From positions 1 to 51,258 of the forward strand of contig CAZLJT010000001.1 in assembly GCA_964559905.1 (NCBI GenBank): a stretch of 51,258 nucleotides of DNA. Direction: 5' to 3'. Made by a program: the position numbers and the translations under genes. Every line of letters begins with the position of its first letter. Position 1 is the first letter of the stretch. The stretch comes from an uncultured Aquiflexum sp. Its GTDB lineage: Bacteria; Bacteroidota; Bacteroidia; Cytophagales; Cyclobacteriaceae. Under the pieces are notes generated by a model, which saw only the letters and a list, made by a program, of their open reading frames with translations, was not told where the DNA came from and did no database searches. This document shows positions 29,074 to 40,128 of the stretch, piece after piece.

Positions 29074-29108
29074 TTTCAAACTTCATCCTTCTACCTTTAT
29101 CCTTCATC
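29074..29108. repeat. 7-nt-period CTTNNNN tract upstream of the VPS10-like gene
   Basis: TTTCAAA CTTCATC CTTCTAC CTTTATC CTTCATC. Confidence 0.5.
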
Positions 29109-29192
29109 CCTCCCTCCCTCCTTTTACACAAGCGAAATCAAAACCGACGGATTTTTTTCTATCTTGAAAGCCTCTTCAACTATTAAAAAATT

Positions 29193-32100
29193 ATGAGAAA
29201 AATATTTATCTTTTTCCTTTTTCTTGGAGCAGTTTCATTATCTGCCCAAGATCTTCAGCAAAGTACCATTCCACTTAAATACCGAAACATTGGCCCTTTC
29301 CGCGGAGGTAGGTCTGTAACTGCCTCGGGGGTAGTGGGAGATCCCTTGACCTATTATATGGGTACTACTGGCGGAGGTGTTTGGAAAACCTCTGATGCGG
29401 GACAGCTTTGGCAAAACATTTCTGATGGTTATTTTACGACTGGTTCCGTAGGGGCAATTGCTGTATCGGAAAGCCATCCCAGGATAGTTTTTGTGGGAAT
29501 GGGAGAACATGCCCCTCGGGGTGTTATGACATCCTATGGAGATGGGGTATACAAATCCACCGATGCTGGTGCCACTTGGAAAAAGTTGGGATTGGAAAAA
29601 ACACAGCATATTTCCCGCATTATCATTCACCCTGAAAATCCGGATATCGTCTATGTTGCCGCACAGGGGGCTTTACATGCCCCAAATCCGGACCGGGGTG
29701 TTTACAAATCCATAGATCGGGGTGAGACTTGGGAAAAGGTCTTGTTTGTAGATGATAAATCAGGTGCTGTGGAACTATCCATGGACATGAATTTTCCTGA
29801 TGTGCTTTATGCCGCCATGTGGGAGCATCAAAGATTGCCATGGAAGGTCATCAGCGGTGGTCCTGGAAGTGGCTTGTACAAATCTGTAGATGCCGGAAAA
29901 ACCTGGAAGAAAATGGAATCAGGTTTACCCAAAGAAATGGGAAAAATGGCCATTGCGGTTTCCAGAGCTAACTCAAATAAAGTATATGCCCTTATCGAGA
30001 GTGATTCAGAAAAAAGGAAGGGAGGCCTATTTGTTTCAGAAAACGGGGGAGATTCTTGGTCAAAAGTCAGCAGTGATAACCGATTGGTACAACGTGCTTG
30101 GTATTACATAGAGTTATTTCCTGACCCACATGCCGAACACACGTTATATGTCCTGAGTGCTCCTGCCCTTCGTTCCATTGATGGAGGAAAAACCTGGGAA
30201 GTATTGCCTCGTGCACATGGAGATTATCATGACCTCTGGATAAACCCCAACAACCCCAAAAATATGGTTATGGCAGATGATGGCGGTGCTGCAATCTCAT
30301 TTAATGGTGCCAAGACTTGGTCCAGACAGGACAATATGCCCACCGCTCAGATGTACCGAATCAATACTGATAACCAATTTCCTTATCGCATCTATGGTGG
30401 ACAGCAGGACAATACTTCCTTGGTCATCAATAGTCTTGCTTTAGGAAGAGGAAGCATAACCCAGGAGCATTGGAATTATTCTGCTGGAGGTGAATCAGCC
30501 TTTTTGGCTTTTGATCCCGATAATCCAAGATATGTATTGGGGGGAAGTTATCTGGGTACGATCGAAGTACTCGATACGAAATCAAATGCCTCTACCAATA
30601 TCATGATAGCACCCATTCAATACTTGGGTAGGGATGCTTCTGATATGAAATACCGTTTCAATTGGAATGCACCGATTATTTGGTCTCAGCATGAACCCAA
30701 TACTTTTTACCATACCGCACAACATGTGCTCAAAACCCAGGATATGGGTAACTCTTGGGAAGTTATTTCGCCTGATCTGACCAGAAATGAAAAAGAAAAA
30801 CAGGGGAAAGGTGGGGGACCTTACACCAATGAGGCGGTAGGAGCAGAAAACTATGGAACTATTGCTTACATCATGGAGTCCCCACATGAAAAAGGAGTCT
30901 TTTGGACCGGCAGTGATGATGGTTTGGTCCATTTGACCCTAGACGGAGGAGAAACCTGGACCAATGTCACTCCCAAAGGAATGGCTGAAACCTTGGTCAA
31001 TGCCATTGAGGTTTCCCCTTATGATCCTGCTACAGCCTATATTGCAACGACAAGGTATAAGTTCAATGACTATACGCCGGCCATTTACAAGACCACGGAT
31101 TATGGAAAAACTTGGACCAATATCAGCAAAGGCATTCCTTATGGTGCTTTTACCAGAGTGGTAAGAGAAGACGATAAGGTCAAAGGGCTGCTCTATGCAG
31201 GTACAGAAACAGGTATTTATATTTCCAGAAATGGCGGAAACAGCTGGGAATCATTTCAACTTAACCTTCCAGTGACCCCAATAACTGATCTCAAGCTTGC
31301 CCATGGTGATCTGGTAGTGGCAACTGCCGGCCGTTCTTATTGGATTTTGGATGATCTGAATGTGGTGAGAGAATTGAAAGCTAACGTTGAAAAACCATTG
31401 TTGTATACCCCTGATGATGCCATAATCGGAAGTTGGAATTCAGCCATGAACAGCAATTCCGCTACTGGAACCAATCTTCTTAGTGGTGTAAATCCTGCTA
31501 ATGGGGTCGTGCTCTACTATCATCTGCCGGAAAATGTTACGGACTCAACTGCGATCAATTTGGAAATCAGAGATAGCAATGGGGAATTGGTACGCACGAT
31601 TTCAAGTAAAGCCGATCCAAAATTTCAGGCTTATGCCGGTGGACCTTCACCTGAACCTGTTTTGCCCGTTAAAAAAGGGATTAACCGGTTTGTTTGGGAT
31701 ATGCGTTATCCTACGATGCCGGGTATTCCAATAGCTTATATTGAATCAAGCTTTAGAGGTCATAAGGTAGTTCCCGGAGAATATACCCTGCATCTTAAAA
31801 CTGATTTTGGTGATTCCCAAGTCAAAGCAAAGGTGATTGTTAATCCATTGTTCGAAACGGATCAGAATACTTATGTGGAGTACCACAACTTTATGCTGAC
31901 TATGGAAAAGGAACTGACCATGATGCATAACATGGTCAATAAAGCCATGGATTACCAGCAGCAGCTGAAAGGTTTCTTGGAAAGAATCAAAGGAGATTCA
32001 AGTCGTCAGGCACTTGCCGAGGCAGGTCAGCAATTACTCAAAGAAATGAAGGCTTGGGATGAGGATATGGTACAGCGAAAATCCCTTGCCTATGATGATG

Positions 32101-32324
32101 TGGAAAATTTCCCCAATAAGTTTACTGCCAATTATCTGTTCCTGATCAATCAGACAGAAAGTGAAATTCCAAAAGTAAATCAAGGATCAAGGGATCGCTA
32201 TGAAGAACTGACCAAGGAATGGTTGGTTTTAAAAGCCGAAGGAGAAAGAATCCTGAATACCGCTATTCCTGATTATAATCAAAAATTGAAGTCAGCTGGA
32301 ATCGGATTATTGTTCGTTGACTAG
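29193..32324 (+). CDS. Exported VPS10/sortilin-like BNR (Asp-box) beta-propeller protein, often labelled glycosyl hydrolase
   Basis: Signal peptide, [12 protein letters not shown], eleven S/T-x-D/N-x-G-x-x-W Asp-boxes, YGGQQDN, helical C-terminus. Confidence 0.9.
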   Translation: MRKIFIFFLFLGAVSLSAQDLQQSTIPLKYRNIGPFRGGRSVTASGVVGDPLTYYMGTTGGGVWKTSDAGQLWQNISDGYFTTGSVGAIAVSESHPRIVFVGMGEHAPRGVMTSYGDGVYKSTDAGATWKKLGLEKTQHISRIIIHPENPDIVYVAAQGALHAPNPDRGVYKSIDRGETWEKVLFVDDKSGAVELSMDMNFPDVLYAAMWEHQRLPWKVISGGPGSGLYKSVDAGKTWKKMESGLPKEMGKMAIAVSRANSNKVYALIESDSEKRKGGLFVSENGGDSWSKVSSDNRLVQRAWYYIELFPDPHAEHTLYVLSAPALRSIDGGKTWEVLPRAHGDYHDLWINPNNPKNMVMADDGGAAISFNGAKTWSRQDNMPTAQMYRINTDNQFPYRIYGGQQDNTSLVINSLALGRGSITQEHWNYSAGGESAFLAFDPDNPRYVLGGSYLGTIEVLDTKSNASTNIMIAPIQYLGRDASDMKYRFNWNAPIIWSQHEPNTFYHTAQHVLKTQDMGNSWEVISPDLTRNEKEKQGKGGGPYTNEAVGAENYGTIAYIMESPHEKGVFWTGSDDGLVHLTLDGGETWTNVTPKGMAETLVNAIEVSPYDPATAYIATTRYKFNDYTPAIYKTTDYGKTWTNISKGIPYGAFTRVVREDDKVKGLLYAGTETGIYISRNGGNSWESFQLNLPVTPITDLKLAHGDLVVATAGRSYWILDDLNVVRELKANVEKPLLYTPDDAIIGSWNSAMNSNSATGTNLLSGVNPANGVVLYYHLPENVTDSTAINLEIRDSNGELVRTISSKADPKFQAYAGGPSPEPVLPVKKGINRFVWDMRYPTMPGIPIAYIESSFRGHKVVPGEYTLHLKTDFGDSQVKAKVIVNPLFETDQNTYVEYHNFMLTMEKELTMMHNMVNKAMDYQQQLKGFLERIKGDSSRQALAEAGQQLLKEMKAWDEDMVQRKSLAYDDVENFPNKFTANYLFLINQTESEIPKVNQGSRDRYEELTKEWLVLKAEGERILNTAIPDYNQKLKSAGIGLLFVD

Positions 32325-32401
32325 TTAAATTTTATCTGATGCCCATTACTAAATGGATATTGATAACACCAAAAATCAAACAGAGTAATTGAAAATTTCA
32401 A

Positions 32402-33052
32402 TTACTCTGTTTCCTCACCTGCAATAAATTGTTTTTGTATCTCATCTTCTTCCTCTTTTTCCGTTTTTGCAATTACCTCTTCTTGGAAAAATCTCCCTTG
32501 GAAAATCAAAATAATTGCAACGCCAACAAATATGGAGGCATCAGCGATATTGAAAATAGGCCATAATGCCGTATAACTTCCGCCCCACAATGGAACCCAA
32601 TCCGCAATATAACCTTCCCAAATATCGATATAAAACATATCAATCACCTGACCATGAAACCAGGGACTTGGAGCATTATAGGGTGCATTACCGAACCAAA
32701 CACCATAAAAAATACTATCTACCAAGTTACCGATAGCCCCACCCAAAATCATCGAAATACAAATGATATAACCGACATGCATTTGTTTTTTGATAATATG
32801 GTATAAGTAATATCCAATTCCGAACATTGCAACCAAACGGAAAGAGGTTAAGATTAACTTCCCATATTCAGAACCGATCTGCATTCCAAAGGCCATTCCT
32901 GGGTTAGTGGTGTAATGTAACTTGAACCAATCTCCAAAGACTTTTATCTGCCCGGGGGTTCCAAAATCCATTTGGTAATGGACGATCATTTTTACAGCTT
33001 GGTCAATGATGATAACCAATAGTGCAATACCAAAATATTTCAAATATTTCAT
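32402..33052 (-). CDS. lspA: Lipoprotein signal peptidase (SPase II)
   Basis: IIDQAVK, NPGMAFG, GAIGNLVD, VIDM, IFNIAD; directly after ileS. Confidence 0.96.
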   Translation of the reverse strand: MKYLKYFGIALLVIIIDQAVKMIVHYQMDFGTPGQIKVFGDWFKLHYTTNPGMAFGMQIGSEYGKLILTSFRLVAMFGIGYYLYHIIKKQMHVGYIICISMILGGAIGNLVDSIFYGVWFGNAPYNAPSPWFHGQVIDMFYIDIWEGYIADWVPLWGGSYTALWPIFNIADASIFVGVAIILIFQGRFFQEEVIAKTEKEEEDEIQKQFIAGEETE

Positions 33053-33126
33053 CGATATCAATTCAAGGCCAGGTTTAAAAGATATTTTACGAAATCTCCT
33101 CTCCGTGGCGTGGTTAGTTGTTTATA

Positions 33127-36100
33127 TTAAGCTTTTTCAACCTTTACTACAAGTTCGAAGTCATCCATGTCCAAAACTGTAGCATCTGTCAGAGAATCAT
33201 GCACCTCCAACGTGACTGCTTGGGTTTCGGTTTGGATATATTTGGCAAAATTTTTCAAAGCAGCATTGACCAAGTCATCGTGCTTGGCAATTCTGATATT
33301 TATTTTATCCTGTACATCCAATCCCATATCCTTTCTGAGATTTTGAATTCTGTTTACAAGATCACGGGCTATACCTTCCTGCCGGAGCTCGTCAGTCAGA
33401 GTCACATCAAGCGCGACAGTCATACCCTGATCAGAGGCTACAGACCATCCGGGAATATCTTGGGAACTGATCAATACTTCTTCCAAAAGAAGTTCAATGA
33501 TTTCACCCTCTACCGGTACAGCAATCATCCCGTTTTTCTCTATTTCAGAAATCTGTTCTTTTCCCCAGGAATTAATGGCTGCAACCACCAACCGCATTTT
33601 TGGACCTAATTTTTTACCCAAAACAGGGAGGTTCGGTTTTACACTTTTAACCAAAACATCTGAAGCATCATCAATATACTCTATTGACTTGATATTCACT
33701 TCTGATTTTATCAGTTCCTCCACATGCTGTATCTGCTTTCTTGTCTTTTCATTCAGCACAGGAATCAGAATTCTCTGCAAAGGCTGACGCACTTTGATGC
33801 CAATTTTGGGATTTTTTCTAAGTGAGTGGACCAAGGATGATATTTTTTGTGCCAACTCCATGCTTTCTTCTAAGTCTCTGTTGATATGACTTATATCAGC
33901 CACTTCCCAATCTGTCAGATGTATGGACTCTAACCTGTTTTTGGAAGAGGCAGTCAGATTTTTATACAGCCAATCAGAATAGAATGGAGCAAAAGAAGAC
34001 ATCAGTTGGGTCAGGCTGTATAGACATTCAAACAAAGTCTCGTATGCTGCCTGCTTGTCGCTGTTCATATCACCTCTCCAGAATCTTTTTCTGGCTAATC
34101 GGACGTACCAGTTGGACAGTTGATCTACAGTAAAGTTCATGATGGCACGGGTAGCTTTGGTGGCATCGTAATTATCCATTGCAGACTCCACTTCGGCAAT
34201 CAGTGTTTGCAGCTTGGAAATGATCCACTGATCAAGTTCTGCACGATCGGCTACAGGTACTGCCTTTGATTTATCATAAACAAAATGATCCAGATTGGCA
34301 TAAAGGGCAAAGAAATTATAAGTATTCTGCAAGGTGCCAAAAAACCTTCTTTGTACTTCCGCTATGCCTTCAAGGTTGAATTTGAGATTATCCCAAGGAT
34401 TCGCATTACTGAGCATATACCATCTCAGTGCGTCAGGACCATATTCTTTTAGTGTCTTAAAAGGATCCACAGCATTGCCCAACCGCTTGGACATTTTATT
34501 GCCGTTTTTATCCAAGACCAAGCCGTTTGCGATCACATTTTTGAAGGCAACGGAATCAAATAGCATTCCCGCTATGGCATGTAAAGTAAAAAACCAGCCT
34601 CTTGTCTGATCCACTCCTTCAGCGATATAATCTGCCGGATAGTTGGCTTTGAAAATATCTTCGTTTTCGAAGGGATAATGCCACTGAGCGTAAGGCATGG
34701 CTCCGGAATCAAACCAAACGTCAATCAGATCAGGTTCCCGGAACATTTTATCTCCCTTGGAGGAAACGAGTACCACATCATCCACATAGGGTCTGTGCAG
34801 ATCTATCTCTTTTCCTTCATAAGGAGAAGTTATCATAAAGCCTTTTTCTATGGATTTATTGATTTCCTCATTGAGTTCGGCTATTGATCCGATACATTTC
34901 TCTTCTGTCCCGTCTTCAGTTCTCCATATGGGCAAGGGGGTACCCCAAAATCTCGACCGGCTAAGATTCCAATCAACCAGATTTTCAAGCCAGTTGCCAA
35001 AACGCCCGGTTCCAGTGGCTTCGGGCTTCCAGTTGATGGTTTTATTCAATTCCACCAAGCGGTCCTTGTAAGCTGTGGTTTTTATAAACCAGCTTTCTAA
35101 GGGGTAATACAGAATCGGCTTGTCTGTTCTCCAGCAATGCGGATAACTGTGCTCATATTTTTCGACCTTAAAGGCCTTGTTTTCATTCTTCAAGATGATA
35201 GATATGATGATGTCAGTGGTTTTAAAATCCTCGGCATCTTCATCATCATTGATATAATTTTTAACATAGAAATCATTTGCTCCAAACTCTTTGTGCGCAT
35301 GGATTCCGTGCTCTTTCATTTTTGAAGCCAGGTATTCTCCAATGACAGGGAGGAACTTGCCTTGGCGATCTACAACAGGGATGTCGTTTTCAAGTTCATC
35401 TTTCACAAAAACTCCGGGCACATTGTTTTGCAGCAATGTTCTAAAGTCATCTGCACCAAAAGCTTTGGCCAAGTGAACAATTCCGGTACCATCTTCTGTG
35501 GTGACATAATCTCCGGAAATGACAGTAAAGGCAGGGTGGGGCAATGCGATCCCCGCAATAGGAAACAATTGCTCATATTCCCATCCCAACATTTCTTTCC
35601 CTTTGTATTCCCCGATTATTTCATAAGGAATCAATTTGTCTCCTGCTTTGAAATCGCCCAAAGACAATTCTTTTGCCTTGGGATTAAAATATGTACCCAT
35701 CCGGGCTTTTGCAAGAACAGCCGTCATCGGCTCGAAGGTATAAGGATTAAATGTTCTCACTTTTACATAATCCAAATTCTCACCTATAGCCAAAGCAGAG
35801 TTGGAAGGCAAAGTCCAAGGAGTAGTGGTCCAGGCTAAAACGTAAGTATTTTCTTCCCCTTTAAGCTTAAATTGCGCTGTTACAGAAGTGTCTTTTACAT
35901 CTTTATACGTTCCGGGCTGATTGAGTTCGTGGGAACTCAGGCCTGTGCCTGCAGCAGGGGAAAATGGCTGAATTGTATAGCCTTTATAGAGTAAACCCTT
36001 GTCATAAAATTTCCTCAACAAACTCCAAAGACTTTCTATGTATTTGGCTTCAAAAGTGATATAAGGATCATCCAAATCAACCCAATAGCCAATTTTCTCC

Positions 36101-36507
36101 GTGAGTTCATCCCATTCATGTTTGTACCGCATGACAGTTTCACGACACTTTTGGTTATATTCCTCTACAGAGATTTTCTTTCCAATATCCTCTTTGGTGA
36201 TCCCAAGTTCTTTTTCTACCTGCAGTTCTACAGGAAGACCATGCGTATCCCATCCACCTTTTCTTTTTACCTGAAAACCTTTGAGGGTTTTGTAGCGGCA
36301 GAAAATATCTTTTAAAGTTCTGGCCATTACATGATGAATTCCGGGAGTACCATTGGCAGAAGGTGGACCTTCAAAAAAAGTAAATGTTTCCGCTCCTTCT
36401 CTGTTGGCTACGGATTTATTGAATATATCTTTTTCTTTCCAGTATTGTAGGATGTCCTCTCCTATCTTTGGATAATCTACTTGTTTGTACTCCTGGTATT
36501 TTTTCAC
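33127..36507 (-). CDS. ileS: Isoleucine--tRNA ligase, type 2, with GIHH signature; GTG start at 36507 preferred
   Basis: EGPPSANGTPGIHH, GWDTHGLPVE, WTTTPWTLPSN, GTGIVH, DWNLSRSRFWG, KMSKR; long IleRS2-type C-terminus without zinc finger. Confidence 0.98.
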   Translation of the reverse strand: MKKYQEYKQVDYPKIGEDILQYWKEKDIFNKSVANREGAETFTFFEGPPSANGTPGIHHVMARTLKDIFCRYKTLKGFQVKRKGGWDTHGLPVELQVEKELGITKEDIGKKISVEEYNQKCRETVMRYKHEWDELTEKIGYWVDLDDPYITFEAKYIESLWSLLRKFYDKGLLYKGYTIQPFSPAAGTGLSSHELNQPGTYKDVKDTSVTAQFKLKGEENTYVLAWTTTPWTLPSNSALAIGENLDYVKVRTFNPYTFEPMTAVLAKARMGTYFNPKAKELSLGDFKAGDKLIPYEIIGEYKGKEMLGWEYEQLFPIAGIALPHPAFTVISGDYVTTEDGTGIVHLAKAFGADDFRTLLQNNVPGVFVKDELENDIPVVDRQGKFLPVIGEYLASKMKEHGIHAHKEFGANDFYVKNYINDDEDAEDFKTTDIIISIILKNENKAFKVEKYEHSYPHCWRTDKPILYYPLESWFIKTTAYKDRLVELNKTINWKPEATGTGRFGNWLENLVDWNLSRSRFWGTPLPIWRTEDGTEEKCIGSIAELNEEINKSIEKGFMITSPYEGKEIDLHRPYVDDVVLVSSKGDKMFREPDLIDVWFDSGAMPYAQWHYPFENEDIFKANYPADYIAEGVDQTRGWFFTLHAIAGMLFDSVAFKNVIANGLVLDKNGNKMSKRLGNAVDPFKTLKEYGPDALRWYMLSNANPWDNLKFNLEGIAEVQRRFFGTLQNTYNFFALYANLDHFVYDKSKAVPVADRAELDQWIISKLQTLIAEVESAMDNYDATKATRAIMNFTVDQLSNWYVRLARKRFWRGDMNSDKQAAYETLFECLYSLTQLMSSFAPFYSDWLYKNLTASSKNRLESIHLTDWEVADISHINRDLEESMELAQKISSLVHSLRKNPKIGIKVRQPLQRILIPVLNEKTRKQIQHVEELIKSEVNIKSIEYIDDASDVLVKSVKPNLPVLGKKLGPKMRLVVAAINSWGKEQISEIEKNGMIAVPVEGEIIELLLEEVLISSQDIPGWSVASDQGMTVALDVTLTDELRQEGIARDLVNRIQNLRKDMGLDVQDKINIRIAKHDDLVNAALKNFAKYIQTETQAVTLEVHDSLTDATVLDMDDFELVVKVEKA

Positions 36508-36638
36508 AGTATTGCTTTGTATTATATTTAACCTAAAGATGCTCAAATGACCCACAATCCTCCTCTATCTTGTAATTCATCTTTGTGGACAATCAATCTT
36601 TTATTCTATGGTAAATCAGCTTTCATAAAAGGCAGGCG

Positions 36639-36646
36639 CAAAGTTA
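36639..36646 (-). promoter_or_regulatory. Bacteroidota -7 promoter element for ileS-lspA
   Basis: TAACTTTG(CGC) on the minus strand, about 130 nt upstream of the GTG. Confidence 0.6.
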
Positions 36647-36745
36647 AGATATTTTGGAGTATTAGGGATAGATAATCAGAAAATTGATTGGTATCAGAAA
36701 TAGACTGGAAACTATTGGTTATGTTTATCTTTATAAACTCCGATT

Positions 36746-36897
36746 ATGAGTAAAGCTATCCTTAATCCAAAAGCCGAAAATGAAATCATCGAAAGGGCAA
36801 GAAGGCTAAACGTCAAAATTAGGCGACTTTGGGGAAAATGAAAGCATCCGAAATGCTTAGCCATTGTAACATGGCACATCGATCCATTCTCATAAAA
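36746..36897 (+). pseudogene. Frameshifted, truncated DUF1569/DinB-like gene fragment
   Basis: MSKAILNPKAENEIIERARRLNVKIRRLWGK-stop(36841); the -1 frame continues MKASEMLSHCNMAH, restoring the WGKMxxxxMLxHC motif; the sequence then runs into the dgt 3' end. Confidence 0.7.
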
Positions 36898-38250
36898 TTA
36901 AGCTCCCGGCAGTGCGATGCCTTTTACCTTCCTATATAATGCCAAGGCATATTTATCTGTCATACCTGAAATAAAGTCAATCAAAGCCCGAAGCAAGGGA
37001 TATGCATTGACTTTTTCCTCCCATCCATCCAAAGGGAAATCATCAGGTAACAACCTCAAAATGCTTTTGTCTCTACCCGAAAAAAGTTCTGTTTGATAAA
37101 ATTTATGATTCAATGCTTTGGAAAAAACTTCCAGCAAGCCTTCCAGAACCTGAAATCCTGCGGCTTCTTTTTCCAAAACAGGTTTGGAACGATATATTTT
37201 CTCAACTGATAAAAAAGAAATTTTTTCTAAGGCCTTTGCAGAAGGAATAATATCTGTAAGTGCTTTATCAAAATCTCCTGTTAACATTTCTTCCTCTTTT
37301 TGGCAAAAAGCAACTACAGCCTCATCCACCAGTTTACCTATTGTCATAGCGCGTAAAATGGCCAGTTTTTGGGTTTGGGTTTTATATTTATCCAGTTTTT
37401 CCGGCTTAAATTTTTCTCCCAATATTTCAGCTAAAAGCTCGCAAACCTCCTGAAAAGAAACCAAACCCAAAGTACAGCCATCCTCCAGATCAATAATGCT
37501 ATAACAAATGTCATCTGCGGCCTCGACCAAAAATGCCAAAGGATGTCTCAGCCAACAATCTGTATTGGATTTGATCAGTCCTAGGACATTTGCCAAATGT
37601 GTGTAATCATTGACCTGATCCACAAAAAATCCGAATTTCTTATGACTTCTCCTTTTTTTGTCTTTTTCAAATACCTGAGATGGCCTTGGATATTTGGTAA
37701 ATGCTGCCAAGGTTGCGTAAGAAAGTTTAAGCCCATTATTTTGGGATACCAACATCCGGAATCCTTGAGCATTGCCTTCAAAATTGCATAAATCTGCCCA
37801 TTCATTGATTTTCACATGGGACTGCCAGATATATCCGTATTCATGGTGCTTAAAAAAATCAGAAATAGCCTCCTCACCAGCATGTCCATAGGGCGGATTT
37901 CCGATATCATGAGTCAAGGAAGCTGCGGCTACAATGGCGCCAATATCTGAAGATTGAATGCCTATTTGACTCAACAAAGGATATTTATCCAATAAATATT
38001 CTCCCACCGACTTCCCCAAAGATCTTCCAACGCTCGAAACCTCAAGACTATGAGTCAACCTGGTATGTACAAAATCGTGCTCCGGAAGAGGAAATACCTG
38101 AGTTTTGTCCTGAAGATTACGAAATGGCGCAGAAAAAATGATTCTATCATAATCAATTTCAAATTCACTTCTGTAAGCATCAAGTTGAACATTCTTTTTT
38201 TTTGCTGGATCGAACCTTCCCGAGTTCAGCAATTTTTCCCATTGCATCAT
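36898..38250 (-). CDS. dgt: Deoxyguanosinetriphosphate triphosphohydrolase (dGTPase)
   Basis: DYDRIIFS..FRNLQDKTQVFP, HTRLTHSLEV, HDIGNPPYGHAGE, FEGNAQG, EAADDICY, DFISGMTD. Confidence 0.97.
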   Translation of the reverse strand: MMQWEKLLNSGRFDPAKKKNVQLDAYRSEFEIDYDRIIFSAPFRNLQDKTQVFPLPEHDFVHTRLTHSLEVSSVGRSLGKSVGEYLLDKYPLLSQIGIQSSDIGAIVAAASLTHDIGNPPYGHAGEEAISDFFKHHEYGYIWQSHVKINEWADLCNFEGNAQGFRMLVSQNNGLKLSYATLAAFTKYPRPSQVFEKDKKRRSHKKFGFFVDQVNDYTHLANVLGLIKSNTDCWLRHPLAFLVEAADDICYSIIDLEDGCTLGLVSFQEVCELLAEILGEKFKPEKLDKYKTQTQKLAILRAMTIGKLVDEAVVAFCQKEEEMLTGDFDKALTDIIPSAKALEKISFLSVEKIYRSKPVLEKEAAGFQVLEGLLEVFSKALNHKFYQTELFSGRDKSILRLLPDDFPLDGWEEKVNAYPLLRALIDFISGMTDKYALALYRKVKGIALPGA

Positions 38251-38371
38251 GGTCAAAAATACTAAAGCTATTTATTTACAGACTAAAAATCAGTGAAAAA
38301 ATTCTTTCTTACTTTTTTTGGCATAATGATTGGATTAAGTTTTTAATCAAATCACCTAAAATTTTATATTT

Positions 38372-39205
38372 ATGAAAACTCTAATGAACAAGCTCCATTT
38401 TACATTGGCTTTAATTTTATTAATTACCTCATGTAATCTGGAACAAAACAACCTTGACCCTTCAAAGGGGAATGCCAAATTGAACGTTTATATGATTGAT
38501 GCCCCTGCAAGTTATGACGCGGTTTGGATCGAAGTATTAGGCGTAGAAATCCTTCCTAAAGGGAGAAATGAAGAAAACGGAAGTGCCTGGATAAACTTGC
38601 CCTATGAGGCTGATGATCAGAAAATCAATCTTTTATCACTGGTAGGCGGAAATAGTGCCTTTTTAGGCGAGATGGAAATTCCTTCCGGTGAAATTTCCCA
38701 GATCCGTCTTTTACTTGGCAATGATAATTATATCATTGAGGATGGTCAGAGAATCGATCTTACTACTCCCAGTGCGCAGCAGAGCGGATTGAAACTGAAA
38801 ATTGACAAACCATTGAACCCCGGCATCGCTTATGATCTTGTGATTGATTTTGACGCAGCCCGTTCCATTGTCAAAGCCGGAAATTCGGGTAAGTACATTT
38901 TAAAACCAGTTTTGAGGGTTGTGGCTGAAGAATCTGCTACTATTGAGGGTTCAGTTTTACCGTTGGAAGCTCTACCTGTTCAAGTTTCTGCGATTATTCG
39001 TGAAGATACAGTTTCCACTTTTACAGATGAAAACGGCTTGTTTGTTATAAGAGGACTAGAGATGGGAACTTACAGGCTATGGATTCTCCCCAATGAATTG
39101 TATGATGAGAAATTCGTTGAGGATGTGGCACTTGAATTGGGTAAAGTAACTAAAGTGGATCCTATAGAATTAGATGAAGTCGTTGAAAATGTCCCGGAGG
39201 GTTAA
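38372..39205 (+). CDS. DUF4382-domain lipoprotein with C-terminal carboxypeptidase-regulatory-like domain
   Basis: Lipobox LITSC; IDAPASYDAV, QIRLLLG, LTTPSAQQSGLKL, IDFDAARSIV..GKYILKPVLR. Confidence 0.9.
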   Translation: MKTLMNKLHFTLALILLITSCNLEQNNLDPSKGNAKLNVYMIDAPASYDAVWIEVLGVEILPKGRNEENGSAWINLPYEADDQKINLLSLVGGNSAFLGEMEIPSGEISQIRLLLGNDNYIIEDGQRIDLTTPSAQQSGLKLKIDKPLNPGIAYDLVIDFDAARSIVKAGNSGKYILKPVLRVVAEESATIEGSVLPLEALPVQVSAIIREDTVSTFTDENGLFVIRGLEMGTYRLWILPNELYDEKFVEDVALELGKVTKVDPIELDEVVENVPEG

Positions 39206-39244
39206 TTATTTTAAATATTAACCAAATTCTCAAATATGAACCTG

Positions 39245-39280
39245 GAGCCAGAAACTGAAAAGTTTCTGGCTCTTTCATTT
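39245..39280 (+). terminator. Intrinsic terminator between the two DUF4382 paralogs
   Basis: GAGCCAGAAACT-gaaa-AGTTTCTGGCTC followed by TTTCATTT. Confidence 0.8.
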
Positions 39281-39327
39281 ATTGGTATTAACATCAAATT
39301 CTGGTCTATCTTTCCTATTTTTGGACC

Positions 39328-40125
39328 GTGAAAAATAAACTATTATTCATACTTACTTTGATTGTTCTTACTTCGGGATGTTCTGAAACTGGGGAACGAT
39401 CTACTGCATTGGTAAATGTCTTCCTTATTGGTACCCCTGGATTTTTTGATGAGGTTGGCATTGAGGTATTAGGAGTGGAAGTAAAGACGACAGGAACCAG
39501 AGGTCAGGATAATTCAGACGCTGTGTTTATTCCCAATCCCCAAGTCAATCAACAGGCGAGGCTTTCTTCCTTGGTGAATACAGGCCAATATCTGATTGGA
39601 AGATCGGAGTTTTTGGTGGGTGCTATAATTGAGCTTACTTTGAGGTTGGGTGACGATAATTTTGTTCAGGTAGGGAATCAGACCGCATCGCTTGGTTTCA
39701 ATGAAGAGGCATCGAGAAATCCTGTTATAACAGTTAATATTCCTCTGGATGGAGGAATTTCTCATGATGTATTTATAGATTTCAACACTTTGAGTTCTAT
39801 AACATTCACTACTGGGGCTCAACCCATTTTTACTCTTGATCCAAAATTCAGGGCCTTTGGAAGTCTCGATAACGGAGAAATCTCCGGAATTATCAGACCT
39901 CAGGCTTTAAAATGCTTATTGTTGGCCATTCAAAATTCAGATACGCTCGCCAATACCACTCCGGATTCGCGTGGCAACTTTTTGATAAGGGGACTTGAGG
40001 GGGAATTTACCCTTTCAATATTGCCTTTTAGCAATGACTTTTTGGCTGATACCATCCAAAATATAGTTGTAGAACCTCGGCAGCGGACCCAATTGGGAGA
40101 AATCACTCTGCGTACAAATCCTTGA
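39328..40125 (+). CDS. Diverged DUF4382-like lipoprotein, paralog of the upstream gene
   Basis: GTG start, lipobox TSGC; shared IEVLGVE, LRLG.DN, IDF, F.IRGLE segments. Confidence 0.8.
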   Translation: MKNKLLFILTLIVLTSGCSETGERSTALVNVFLIGTPGFFDEVGIEVLGVEVKTTGTRGQDNSDAVFIPNPQVNQQARLSSLVNTGQYLIGRSEFLVGAIIELTLRLGDDNFVQVGNQTASLGFNEEASRNPVITVNIPLDGGISHDVFIDFNTLSSITFTTGAQPIFTLDPKFRAFGSLDNGEISGIIRPQALKCLLLAIQNSDTLANTTPDSRGNFLIRGLEGEFTLSILPFSNDFLADTIQNIVVEPRQRTQLGEITLRTNP

Positions 40126-40128
40126 TTC

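Noticed and set aside
33118..35838. Several plus-strand ORFs of 60-163 aa
   Set aside because: All lie antisense within ileS and show no protein-like features.
36508..36638. Long ileS leader with tiny uORFs (MKADLP; MNYKIEEDCGSFEHL) as a possible attenuator or T-box
   Set aside because: No Ile-codon run, T-box motif or terminator/antiterminator pair is visible.
36898..38250. dGTPase as an anti-phage defence gene
   Set aside because: It sits among housekeeping genes with no defence or mobility neighbours, so the ordinary housekeeping dgt is the simpler reading.
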